A DNA stretch of 64,000 nucleotides. It comes from an uncultured Pseudomonadales bacterium (GTDB lineage Bacteria > Patescibacteriota > Microgenomatia > UBA1400 > Chazhemtobacteraceae). Under the pieces are notes generated by a model, which did not search any database, was not told where the DNA came from, and was given only the letters and a program-made list of their open reading frames with translations. A program made the translations under genes and the position numbers. Below, piece after piece: positions 19,337 through 30,700 of the stretch (the stretch's first letter is position 1; every line of letters begins with the position of its first letter). The stretch covers positions 79,485 to 143,484 of the forward strand of contig CAZUBK010000004.1 in NCBI GenBank assembly GCA_964618725.1, in the 5' to 3' direction.

Positions 19337-20629
19337 CTACTCAAATATCGCTAGAAGCCTTTTCTCATCCCTAAACGGTCCTACAATACTCAAGTTCATC
19401 TTTGTAGGCGTAAACAGCTCTCGTGCTAGCTCCATCACCTCATCTTCAGCAACCCTGTCTACACCTTTAATCAGCTCCTCTGGACTCCTCACCTCCCCAC
19501 CTCTAAGCACCCAGTCATCAGCCATCAACATTGCTACCTCCTGACTATCTTCCAAGTCAAGTTTTAATCCCCCCTTAATCCCTTCTTTAGCCATTAGTAA
19601 CTCTTTCTTGCTTACCTTTTTCTTCGTCAACTTCATCAGCTGCTCCACAATGATCTTTACTGCTTCTTCTACTTTCTTAAGTTTTACTCCTGCCCTGACA
19701 AATACCACTCCATTATCACTCTGGCTGTAGAATCCTGATCGGACATAATACGCCAAGCCTCGTTTCTCTCGAATCTCATCCCACAACCTACTACTCATAT
19801 TTTCTCCTAATATCTGGTTCAGCACCCACAAAGAATAGTTACGATCATCAGTCGCCGATATCCCTCGCAGCCCCAAAGCCAGGTGAGCTTGTTCAGTTTT
19901 CTTGTTACTCAATACTATCCTTGCCGTCTCTTGCGTGAAAATCTCGTGATACCCAAATCTATCAAACTTCTCCTTTTTCTTGTCGATTGAACTAAACTCT
20001 TCCTCAATTGAAGCCCGCAAGACACCTGCCTGTGGTAGCTTCCCTGCCACCACCACTACCATGTTTTCCGGATAGTACCAGCGATCTCGAAAAGTTTTCA
20101 AGTCTTCAATTTTCATAGCCGAAACCGATACACTGCTCCCTAAAGTCGGTCTCCCAAGACCCGAATTAGGAAATATTATCTTCTCCATTTCTTCGACGGC
20201 TTTTTTGGGGAAAGTATCCTCATACATCTTTATCTCTTCAATGATCGTCCCTTTCTCTTTCTCTAACTCTTTCTCCGGAAGCAGCGGTTCACAGACCATT
20301 TGTGATACTACTGATAGTCCCGTTCGCCACTGACTATCTCCCACCTTAACCCAATAACCCGTAAAGTCCGTCCAGGTAAACGCATTCATTTTCCCTCCTA
20401 TCTCATCTATCACTTTGGTAGTGTCATTTACCTTTGGATATCGTTTGGTACCTTTAAATACAAAGTGTTCTAGAAAGTGGGCTACTCCATATTGCTCAGG
20501 AGTCTCATCCCTGCTCCCTGCTCGAATCATCGTTAAGATAGTCACCGACTCGCCCGGCAACGGCACTGACACTAGAGTCAACCCCGACTTAAGCTTTTCT
20601 ATCTTTGGCTCAATTTGCATAACAACCAT
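19337..20629 (-). CDS. M16 family (pitrilysin/insulinase-like) zinc peptidase
   Basis: HFLEHFVFKGT carries the HxxEH inverted zinc-binding motif. Confidence 0.8.
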   Translation of the reverse strand: MVVMQIEPKIEKLKSGLTLVSVPLPGESVTILTMIRAGSRDETPEQYGVAHFLEHFVFKGTKRYPKVNDTTKVIDEIGGKMNAFTWTDFTGYWVKVGDSQWRTGLSVVSQMVCEPLLPEKELEKEKGTIIEEIKMYEDTFPKKAVEEMEKIIFPNSGLGRPTLGSSVSVSAMKIEDLKTFRDRWYYPENMVVVVAGKLPQAGVLRASIEEEFSSIDKKKEKFDRFGYHEIFTQETARIVLSNKKTEQAHLALGLRGISATDDRNYSLWVLNQILGENMSSRLWDEIREKRGLAYYVRSGFYSQSDNGVVFVRAGVKLKKVEEAVKIIVEQLMKLTKKKVSKKELLMAKEGIKGGLKLDLEDSQEVAMLMADDWVLRGGEVRSPEELIKGVDRVAEDEVMELARELFTPTKMNLSIVGPFRDEKRLLAIFE

Positions 20630-20685
20630 TCTACCTCCTCATCGTCCTCTTGACAAAAGTCCACCAAACATGTTAAAAAGTATCT

Positions 20686-20946
20686 ATGTTTAATCAAACA
20701 CCACAAACTTATACACCAGAACAGGCTGCCCAGCTATTGCAGTTGTCCAAAAATACCATCTATGAACTAATCAATCGTGGCGAAATCGTTGCTAAGAAAC
20801 TGGGCAAGGTCTATCGTATCCCCCGAAGTTCTCTCTCGTTCATCTTCACTGGTCTGGACACAGATCTCTACCGAGCAGAACGTCAAGATCTAAAGACTAT
20901 CAATAAAGTTGAAACTGTCCTTTCTCGGGTTCGCCAACAACTATGA
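20686..20946 (+). CDS. excisionase-family HTH protein, putative antitoxin
   Basis: YTPEQAAQLLQLSKNTIYELINRGEIVAKKLGKVYRIP. Its stop overlaps the downstream start (ATGA). Confidence 0.55.
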   Translation: MFNQTPQTYTPEQAAQLLQLSKNTIYELINRGEIVAKKLGKVYRIPRSSLSFIFTGLDTDLYRAERQDLKTINKVETVLSRVRQQL

Positions 20947-21377
20947 AATTCAAAGCAAGAATCTTTCTTGACTCAGACGTCATTATCTCCTCCCTCATCT
21001 CCACTACAGGCGCCGCCCATCTCCTGACTCGTACCTCTCAACTCGATTTATATATCTCAAATCATTCTCAAAAGGAATTAGCAATTGTCGCCACTCGTCT
21101 TAAACTAAGCCACCCCAAATTACATTCCCTAATTAAACAATTTACCGTCATTACTTCTGATCAAACGCTAAATAAGATAAAGAAAGAGTTTTCTCAATAT
21201 ACAAATGATCCAAATGATAGTCATATCATCGCTGGAGCTGCACAAAGTCAAGCAGATTTCCTGATTACATATAACCTTAAACATTACAAAATCGAAACGA
21301 TCAAACGCCAATTGAATTTTATGATTCTCACACCAGGGCAATTTCTCCAATATCTCAGATCACTCTCTTCATCTTAA
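20943..21377 (+). CDS. putative PIN-like toxin partner
   Basis: MKFKARIFLDSDVIISSL... matches a PIN-like N-terminal motif; the weak call is partly supported by gene context. Confidence 0.45.
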   Translation: MKFKARIFLDSDVIISSLISTTGAAHLLTRTSQLDLYISNHSQKELAIVATRLKLSHPKLHSLIKQFTVITSDQTLNKIKKEFSQYTNDPNDSHIIAGAAQSQADFLITYNLKHYKIETIKRQLNFMILTPGQFLQYLRSLSSS

Positions 21378-21392
21378 GAGAAGTTAAGTCTT

Positions 21393-22220
21393 CTAAAGTA
21401 CTAGAATCAAATAAGCCAGCCCCAGTCCTATCGCCCCAACTCCTAGTGTCAATAATACTTGTACTACCACTGCCATTTGGATCCTCGCCCCCGCCAACGG
21501 ATTCCTCCCTATTGCCTCTACTCCTGCTTTGGCTACTCGACCAAAGTATATAAATCCAACTACAAACGACACAACCACTATCACCGCTGCCGCTAAGTAA
21601 CGTAATGCGGACAACGGATCCAAAAACGGAACACTCAAACCCTCTCTTAATGTCTCAAATAGATTCTCTCCGATACTCTGTAAATTCAAACTAGGATGCA
21701 CTTTTATCGACACCTCTATTTGCCCCACTTGGTTAGGATCACCACTCTCCCATCCTTCCAGTGCCGTCCCCAAGACAAATCCGTTCTTAACCGCCTTCAC
21801 TCCGATTCCCGGCGTTGTTGAGCTAGTAACTAGATCTCCCTGAACGATTGCTCCTCTGGAAGCATTCACCCGTACCACCGCCCTTCCAGAGGTAATGACT
21901 GAAAACGAATTAGGTATGTTGGTCGCTACAATTGCCGCCGCCGGGCTCGCTACGACTACTCCAAACATCTCCACCTGAAACTCTTGGTTACACAAAACAT
22001 ACTCGTCTCCCGCGTTACAAATGACACTACCAAGTGGCACTTCCCCCTCCGTAACAGTTACCGGTATTGCTACCCCCAAGTCAATTGACTGAGCCAGGAC
22101 TTGTCCAGAAGATCCCATCATCAATAAAAACATCAAAACCAAGAAAAAGAAATTCTTCATTACTTTCAATGTAACAAATTTCTCCAATTTAGAGATATCT
22201 AAAAAAACCCTTGTATTCAC
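21393..22220 (-). CDS. hypothetical secreted/membrane protein
   Basis: N-terminal signal/TM segment. The C-terminus has a two-helix hairpin ...VAKAGVEAIGRNPLAGARIQMAVVVQVLLTLGVGAIGLGLAYLILVL. Confidence 0.5.
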   Translation of the reverse strand: MNTRVFLDISKLEKFVTLKVMKNFFFLVLMFLLMMGSSGQVLAQSIDLGVAIPVTVTEGEVPLGSVICNAGDEYVLCNQEFQVEMFGVVVASPAAAIVATNIPNSFSVITSGRAVVRVNASRGAIVQGDLVTSSTTPGIGVKAVKNGFVLGTALEGWESGDPNQVGQIEVSIKVHPSLNLQSIGENLFETLREGLSVPFLDPLSALRYLAAAVIVVVSFVVGFIYFGRVAKAGVEAIGRNPLAGARIQMAVVVQVLLTLGVGAIGLGLAYLILVL

Positions 22221-24229
22221 TTCCTAAGAATGCCACAATCAACCCCATGTCCGCCCAACAACAAACCAAAGCCTTTGATACCCTTTCCTTAATCAGTCTT
22301 TTTGCCATCGTCTTCCTCCTACCTCTTATCTTCCTCCCCTCCTTTGTCAACTCGCATATTACCGGCAAGCTGACCCTTCTTGGTATCGGCCTTACCCTCA
22401 TTCTCGCTTCCAAAATCGCCAAGACCCTAATTAACAGAAGGCTTGAGATCACTTTAAGCCACTTTGACTTGCCTATTTTCTTTTTTGCCCTCATATACAT
22501 AGTAGTTACCTTCCTCCGCACTCCCAATAAGATGGAAGCTTTCTTCCTCCCCGGCACCACCAGCTTCGTCATCGCCGGCACCATCCTCTACTTCAGCCTC
22601 ACCCAGCTTTCGGCAAAGCTTAGACAGACCGTCCTTACCACCCTGATTCTCTCGGGAATCCTCGTCAACTTTATTTTCACCCTTTCCCATACCGGCGTCT
22701 TTGCCAAACTAAACGTCTTCCCTGCCTTTCTTAACACCAGTTTCACCACTTTCGACGGTGTTTTGGCCCAGACTATTTTCACCATTACCCTCCTCCTCAT
22801 TCTACTTAGCCAATTAGCCAGCAAACCCAAAAACCCAACCAAAGGTTTCTTCCTTGTTTCTCTAGTTCTTCTCACTATTGGCAGTTTCTTCTCCGTCAAC
22901 AGCCTTCTTCCGGGCAAAACACTCTCACCCCAACTTCTTGGCTTCAAGGACTCCTGGGTCATCATGGTCGACAGCATCAAAGAAAAGCCCTTCCTCGGCA
23001 GCGGCCCGGGCAACTTCGTCAGCGCCTTTGCCCGCTTCAAGCCCCTCGACATCAACAACACCGATCAATGGAACACCCTTCATGCCACCTCCCGCAATCT
23101 ATATTTCACCATTGCTACCGAAACCGGACTACTTGGAGTCCTCCTTATTATCATCTTCCTCCTCTACTGGATCAAAGTCTTAAGAACTACCTCAAACAAT
23201 CTCCCACAGGGATCTTCGATCTACTTAGCCTGTCTCTTCCTTCTCTTGGCTCTTGTCTTTTTCCCAACCTCCAGTAGTCTCCTTGTCATTCTCTTCCTTC
23301 TCACTGGACTAGCTTCACCAGCCAAAAAACACTTGAAACTAGAAAACAAAATCGTCCTCCTGGGTACCACTCTTCCGCTTATTATCGCTTTGGCAGCCTT
23401 CGTCTTCTTTGGCGGTTCAGCCCTTGCCGCTGAAAACCATTACAAAAATGCCCTAAGCAGCCCCAATGCCCAGTATGTCTTTGAAGAGCTAAGAAAGGCG
23501 ATTAAGGCAAGCCCCTATGTCGACCGCTACCACCTCACCTTCTCTCAAGTTAACATCAACCTAGCCGCCAATCTCTTCAAAAAAGGCCAGTTGAGCGAAG
23601 ACGAACAAAAATCCCTCAACCAATTGATCGACCAAGGCATCAACCAAGCCAAGATCTCAGTCAATTTGAATCCGCAAAGAGCCAGCAACTGGGAAATCCT
23701 AGCTAACATCTACCAATCCCTTACCCGCATTGCCAAGGGTGCCGACGAATTTGCCTACACCGCCTATCAGCAGGCCATCACCCTCCATCCCTACAACCCT
23801 ATCCCCCGTCTTTCCCTTGGAGGCCTCCTATATACCCAAGGTCGTTTCCAAGACGCTGTACGGGTCTTAGAAATGGCCGCCCTCACCAAACCAGACCACG
23901 CAAATATCCGTTACAACCTGAGCCTTAGCTACCGCGAAGCCAATCAAGTCGACCAAGCCATCGAACAACTAAACACTCTCCTCACTCTAATTGAGAAGGA
24001 CTCAAAAGACTACGAACTAGTTAAGGCCCTTCTTGATCAACTTGCGTCACGCAAAAAATCAGAAGCCCCCTCCGGTGAGGAGTTGACCGCTCCAGTAGCC
24101 CCTCCCAAACGACCCATCACTCCCCCTCTAGAACTTCCCGATACTTCCGCTCCACCAGAGAATCCTCTCCCCGAAGCGACACCCACTCCCACTTCGACAG
24201 AGAATCCTACCCCAACACCCTCCATATAA
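22211..24229 (+). CDS. O-antigen ligase (Wzy_C) family membrane protein with C-terminal TPR repeats
   Basis: Polytopic. ...FLGSGPGNFVSAFARFKPLDINNTDQWNTLHATSRNLYFTIATETGLLGVLL... matches the ligase loop. TPR-like repeats and a Pro-rich tail follow. Confidence 0.7.
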   Translation: MYSLPKNATINPMSAQQQTKAFDTLSLISLFAIVFLLPLIFLPSFVNSHITGKLTLLGIGLTLILASKIAKTLINRRLEITLSHFDLPIFFFALIYIVVTFLRTPNKMEAFFLPGTTSFVIAGTILYFSLTQLSAKLRQTVLTTLILSGILVNFIFTLSHTGVFAKLNVFPAFLNTSFTTFDGVLAQTIFTITLLLILLSQLASKPKNPTKGFFLVSLVLLTIGSFFSVNSLLPGKTLSPQLLGFKDSWVIMVDSIKEKPFLGSGPGNFVSAFARFKPLDINNTDQWNTLHATSRNLYFTIATETGLLGVLLIIIFLLYWIKVLRTTSNNLPQGSSIYLACLFLLLALVFFPTSSSLLVILFLLTGLASPAKKHLKLENKIVLLGTTLPLIIALAAFVFFGGSALAAENHYKNALSSPNAQYVFEELRKAIKASPYVDRYHLTFSQVNINLAANLFKKGQLSEDEQKSLNQLIDQGINQAKISVNLNPQRASNWEILANIYQSLTRIAKGADEFAYTAYQQAITLHPYNPIPRLSLGGLLYTQGRFQDAVRVLEMAALTKPDHANIRYNLSLSYREANQVDQAIEQLNTLLTLIEKDSKDYELVKALLDQLASRKKSEAPSGEELTAPVAPPKRPITPPLELPDTSAPPENPLPEATPTPTSTENPTPTPSI

Positions 24230-24353
24230 TTTCCAAAACCGAAGCCATACCCGAAACAACTGCAAATTTGTACATTCAGCCTCAAAACTGTACAACTTTC
24301 ACGCTTCTCTTTCCTAACTCCGCTTCTTTCTTCTACTTACAAATTTCGCATTT

Positions 24354-24497
24354 AAGTTCTAGATACCTGTAAACAAAAACATTACGCAGACAGAAAAAGC
24401 CGGTTTCGAAACGAAGTGAAGAATTTTTCTAGTCGAGTAAGAGACTGGCCGAGTCGCTGGACGAGGAACATGTCGTTTTTTGTGACAGGTATTTGGA
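24354..24497 (+). repeat. ~145-bp dispersed repeat, copy 1
   Basis: About 85% identical to 39584..39727. Both copies begin GTTCTAGAT and end ATATTTrGAAyA, which are imperfect terminal inverted repeats. Confidence 0.6.
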
Positions 24498-24703
24498 ATA
24501 TCAGAAGTGCGAAAGTTGCACTAGATATTTCACTTCCTCCATTCTTCCCTCCAGTGTTCGCGTCATCAATCCATTCCCACTTTTACCTGTTGACTTCACC
24601 CACAAAATCCTTCATAAATTAATACTAGATAAAGTTGTACATTTAGCCTCAAAAAATATCTAAATTTTATATACAACTTTTCTCCAAAGACAAAACTGCC
24701 CAA

Positions 24704-27700
24704 ATGTCCGCCCAAAAACATACCCAAACTAGCGAAAATCAAACTCTCACCCTTACTCAAGCGGCGCAAATCCTGGACGTCAACATGGCCACCGTCCGCC
24801 GCTGGACTAACAATGGCAAACTCCCTTCTTTCCGTACTCCCGGAGGCCATCGTCGCCTCCACCAGGCCGATGTCGAAAAAATCGCCCTCCAAAAACAGCG
24901 CCGCCAACTTCTCAAGCAACAAGCCCTGGCCGATGCCATCCAAATCCAACAACTCGCTCTTCCTAAAACCCCCCTCAAACCAATCTCAAGTCTGCTCACT
25001 GAACCCTCCCTGAAAGTCATCGACTCTGACCCCCTCAACATTCCGCAAGCCGAAGGTCCCCGTGGGATCCCGTTAGGGATAGACAACAAATCCAAGTCTT
25101 CCTTTCGTTCCTTTCTCACCCTCGCTTTGATCCTTGCTACTCTTCTTGTTTCCTTCAAGGGAGTCAAAGCCTTTAGAGACACCATTGCCTACGAAACCCT
25201 CTACAACACTCTCCCCTTCTTGTCCCGTTTTACGGGATCCCCTCTCTCTCCTCTTACTCAAAACAAAATCACAGACAAATTAAAGGGTTCCGTCCTCCAA
25301 GCCACCGATACTGTCGAGGAACTAATCTTTGAAGTCAATATCCCCACGAATATTGATAATGACCTCAATGTCAGTGGTGATCTCACCGTCGATGGAGACC
25401 TCATCACTAATGGCAATGTTGCTTTTGACAGTATCTCTGCCGATACCGCAGACTTTGGTTCTGCCGACATCACCACTCTTAGTATCGGTGGTACTACTCT
25501 TACCTCCACTGCTACGGAACTAAACTACCTCGATGGCCTGACTCTCGCCGCTGGAGGTATTGCCTACTCTACCTCTACCGGTCTTCAGATCTCCGCTGCC
25601 GGCACCAGTAGCCAGGTTCTGACCAGCAACGGTAGCGGTGCCCCCACATGGAAGAGCGTTTCCAGTATCCAATCTACCGACGCCTCAACGCTGGACAGTC
25701 TTGACTCCACCGCCTTCCTGCGTAGTAACGCCGATGATACTTACGACTCCGGTAACACCTTAACCGTCGCCGGTGCTCTCGCAGTTTCTGGTTCCCTGAC
25801 CTCCACCGGAGACGTCAGCATCTCTGACACCAATATTGCCCTCAATGGCGCCACCACCACCTTTACCACCACCGGAGACTTAACTCTTGCTGTCGGGGGG
25901 TCCGACATCCTCTCAACTTCTCGAATGACTTTGGGCTCTGCCACTGCCGGAACTGCCCAACTTCTGATCGACGGCAACGCCGATGTCATCCAACTTCAAA
26001 TCCAAGGACACTCTACCCAAACCGCAAGCACCTTCGTCATTGAACAGTCCGATGGTACGGATGTGCTTGCGGTAGGCAACACCGGGGTCCTGACGCTCAC
26101 CAACAGCGGCACCACCAACACCACCTTCAACCTCTCCAGTTCCGGAGACTTCATCATTCAGGACAACGGCACCGCCTTCATCACCTTTAACAGCAGTGGC
26201 CAGGTCGTGGGAAGCGATACCCTTCTTTTCAATCTCTCCGCTGCCACCCATAATTCCACCACTCCCGAAGGTATCATTCTCCCTCAAGCCACTTCCTTTA
26301 CCTCTCCCTCTTCCGGAGAAGGTTACATTGCCTGGGACTCTGATGACAACAAGTTGATGATGTATACAGGTAGCGCCTGGGTTGACGTCGCTGCTGCTGG
26401 AGGATCACTCTGGACTGACGGAGGAACGACCACCTACCTCACCGCTACCACCGACGATCTCGCCGTTGGCGGCACCGACTCGGAAAGCAACCTCTTCTTT
26501 GATGAGTCCGCCTCCGCCCTCTCTCTTAACCCCTATGGCACTTCTGCCGGTAATACTGGTGAATTAAGGTTTGAAGAGTTAGAAGCCAACGGTGACTCCT
26601 ACACTGGATTCAAAAGTCCCGATTCGCTAGCCGCCAATGTCGTCTACACTCTCCCTTCTGCCGACGCTACTACCAGTAACCAAGTCCTCGCCTCCTCTGC
26701 CGCCGGCGTTCTCTCTTGGATTGACGTCTCTGCTGGTGCCGGCACTCTCTGGACCGATGGAGGTACCACTACCTACGTTACCTCTACCACCGACGATATC
26801 GCTATGGGAGGAACTACCGCCGAATCCCCTTTCTGGATGGACGTCTCTGCTTCCCTTCTTAATCTCAACCCCTACGGCACTTCTACCGGCAATACCGGTG
26901 CTTTTGTCTCCCAAGAACTCGAAGCCAATGGCGACTCCTACACTGGTTTCAAAGCTCCAGACTCTTTAGCCGCTTCTGTCGTCTACGCTCTTCCCCTTGC
27001 CGATGCCTCCTCTGCCAACCAAGTCCTTTCGAGTAACGCCTCTGGTACCCTCGCCTGGATTGACGTCACTGGCGGTGCTGGTGCTCCCTGGACTACTTCC
27101 ACCACCAATACATATCTCACTACCACCACCAACGACGTCATCGTCGGTGCTTCCACCCCCGTCTCCTCTGCCAAACTTAGTGTCGATGGTGATGACGACC
27201 AGATTCAACTTGTCGTCCAAGGTAATGCCACTCAAACCGTCGCCACCCAACTCTTCCTCGTCGAGACCTCTGCCGGATCAGATCTTTTTTCCGTTGATGT
27301 CAACGGCGACTTAGTTCTCTCTGGCGAACTCGACATCAACGGTACCGGTACCCACGACATCGCAGGAACATTAAACCTCTCCGGGACAACCTTAACTGCC
27401 AGTGGCGACCTCACCATCACCCCCGTTGGTGGAGACGTCATCCTGGGATCCTCTGTGGCGCTTACCGCTTCCAAAATTAACAAAGTCATCGTCGTCGACG
27501 GCACCACCTATGCCCAGACGTGTGCCGGCATCAATGCCGCCATTGATGCGCTGGGAGCTAGTGGAGGAGAGATATACCTCCCCGAAGCTACTTACACCTG
27601 TACCGAAACGATAACGGTGGATTACAACAACACCACCATACGGGGCGCGGGGAAAGGGAGTAAAATTGTCGCGTCCGCTTGGGGTAGCTGGGGGACGCCG

Positions 27701-30700
27701 GGGGATGTGATAACGACTGGGACCACCGACTACAATAGTTTCCGTGATTTTCAGATTGACGGAACGCTTTTGACGGCACAAGCCTATGATCTTCTCGATC
27801 TCCCCAACGGTTCCAACTACATCGTGATTGACGGACTCTACCTAAAAAATAGTGATCGATACGGGATAAACATCAATCCCGGCGGAGCCTTCGTCATGAT
27901 CACCAACAGTATCATCGAAGGGTCAGATAGCTATGGCATTGTGGCTGATAACACCTCGGCGTATACCAATATTGCCAATAACATCATCCGCACAAACGAT
28001 TATGGTATCGTCATCGCGGGTGATTTCGTCGACGTAAGTAACAACATTATCACCGGCAACACCACCGCCGGTATTTCCGCAACCGGTTGGGGCGAGGATG
28101 CGACGATTACCGGCAACACCTTTTTTTCCAACGGGACGTATGGGGTATATGTCAGCGGTACAGGCTTTGATACCAATAACAATGTCACCATTTCCGGTAA
28201 TGAATTTAAAACGCATACCAACGGCGTTTATCTAAATAACACCAAGCAGGTAGCAGTGGTCGGCAATAACATTTTCCAATACTCCACCCAAGCCGGGCAG
28301 TATGGCGTGTACATAACCGGTGCTTCTGCTGATCCGGCCAACAGCAATCTGATTTCCAATAACGTCATAACGGGCTATACCGATGCCGGGGATATAGGTA
28401 TCTACATCGTCAACAGTTATGCCAACAATAACATCCTTTCTTACAATAGCTTTTCCACCAACGAAACAAACATCACGGATAATGGTGTTAACACACAGAT
28501 CAGCAATGCTGACTCCGGTAATCTTAGTATCGGCGGTGCCGACTCCACCCCAGACACCACCCTTGAACTCTTCCGTGCTTCAGGTTCCGACTCCACTTTC
28601 AGTATGACCGACGGTGACGTCGCCCATGGAGTTACTACGCTTGCCAATACTGACGCCTTCTTCCACGCTGGCCCCATCTCCTCCACCGTTGGTGGTACTA
28701 GACTAACTTCTCTTGCCGATGCTGATGGCCAAGCCCTGGAACTAAGAGCAGTCCAAACTGCTCCTACTGATACCACCCCCGCCATTAAACTCGTCGGTGC
28801 CAAAGCCTCTGGAACTGGAGTAGTTGACCTTGATGCTGCAGAGACTGTCTTTCAGGTGGCAAATAACGACGACGCGGCAGCACTTACTGTCTTAGGATCC
28901 GGGTCAGTCGGGATCGGTGATACCACTCCAGACGCCGTTTTCGACGTCGATTCCACTTCAGCTACCGCCGTCATTTTTGGCGACGGCACCAGTAACTACT
29001 TTACCTTTGACGGTTCCACCGATGTTGGCGACACTTTGTTTACCTTCACCGGAGCCAGTTCGGGAATAACTTCCGGAAAAATACTTTCCGTAGTCGCCGA
29101 TACCATCACAACTGGCAATGCGTTAGATTTCTCGGTTGATGGCATCTCCACTGGAAATGGCATGTATTTGGAATCTACTTCAACCGCCCTCTCCTCAGGC
29201 AATATTGCCTCGTATTACTGGAATCCTGGGAGTGCCACTACCGCAACCGGCGACATTCTGCGGCTAGATGTAGGGAGCAATGGGACCATCGGAAATATTC
29301 TAAACGTGATGAACGGTGGTTCTTCAGTCTTTTCTGTATCACAATCCCAAATTACTAGTGCATTACCCCATCAGTTTACCGCCGCAGGAGATGTATCCAT
29401 CGCCTATGACTTGCAATTTACTAACCAGACTGCTTCCTACATAAAGTCGTATGCCCCGTTGTATATCGAAGCAGGAGAGACGTTTGAAAACAACGACTTA
29501 ACCTTGAGAACCTATGGAACTGGTGATGTGATTTTGGATTTCACCACTTCAACGGGAACCGGAAAGTTACAGATTGCCGCGCCTGATCCATCCATCGTTT
29601 TCGATACCGAAACAGCCACCGATACTGACTTTTGGATGGGGGTAGTTGAAGACGCGGGCGCAGATGATGACGACACCTTCCAGATTGGTGATGGCACCAC
29701 TCCTGGAACCAATCCCTGGTTAGTCTTAGATACCAGTGGTAACGTAGGTATTGGTCCAGACACCACCCCAGATTACAAGTTCGAGATCAATGTGGCCGCC
29801 AGCAGCGACTCAACCTTCGCCTTAGTGGACGGTGACGTCGCCCACGGTGTCACCACCCTCGTCAACACCGATGCCTTCTTCCACGCTGGCCCCATCTCCT
29901 CCACTGTTGGTGGTACTAGACTTACTTCTCTTGCTGACGCTGACGGTCAAGCATTTGAGATCAGTGCTGTTCAAACCGCTCCCACCGATACCACTCCTGC
30001 TATTAAACTAGTTGGTGCCAAAGCCTCTGGTACTGGAGTCGTTGACCTTGATGCCGCCGAAACTGTCTTTCAAGTGGCAAACAATAATGACACGGCAGGG
30101 ATTACCATGCTTGGTGATAGTTCTGTCGGTATTGGAACCGTCACACCCAGCTCCTTTGCTAATAAACTCGCAGTTATATACTCAGTTAGTGGCATCACCG
30201 GTGGTACCAGCGGCACTTTCCAAAATACTTTTACTCCCACGGCGAATACCGCCGGTAGCCCTATCGCTCTCAAAGCCGCCACCACAGTCAGCGGTGGATC
30301 AACTAACTACTCCTCGGCCAATACTGCTATACGGGCACAAGCAAGTAATGTGAATAACACAGGTTCATTAACCACCACCTATGGCGTATATTCCCAACAC
30401 GGAGCCCTTTCCGGAGGAACAACCGGATCTTCTGCCGCCTCTTATGGCGTTTACTCTGATACCGCCTGGAGCTCATCAGCTACATTGGCATCTGCCTATA
30501 ACTATGCCGCAGTTATTTCGGCCAACTCTGGCACCTTCACCAATACTTATGGATTCTATGCTGGTGACCTGACTTCTGGCACTCAAAGTAACACTCCTTT
30601 CTCTTTCTATGCTTCAGATACGGGTACATTCAATTATTTCGGTGGTCGTACTGGCATCGGCGACACCTCACCTCTTGGTATGCTCGAAGTCAGTAGCGCC

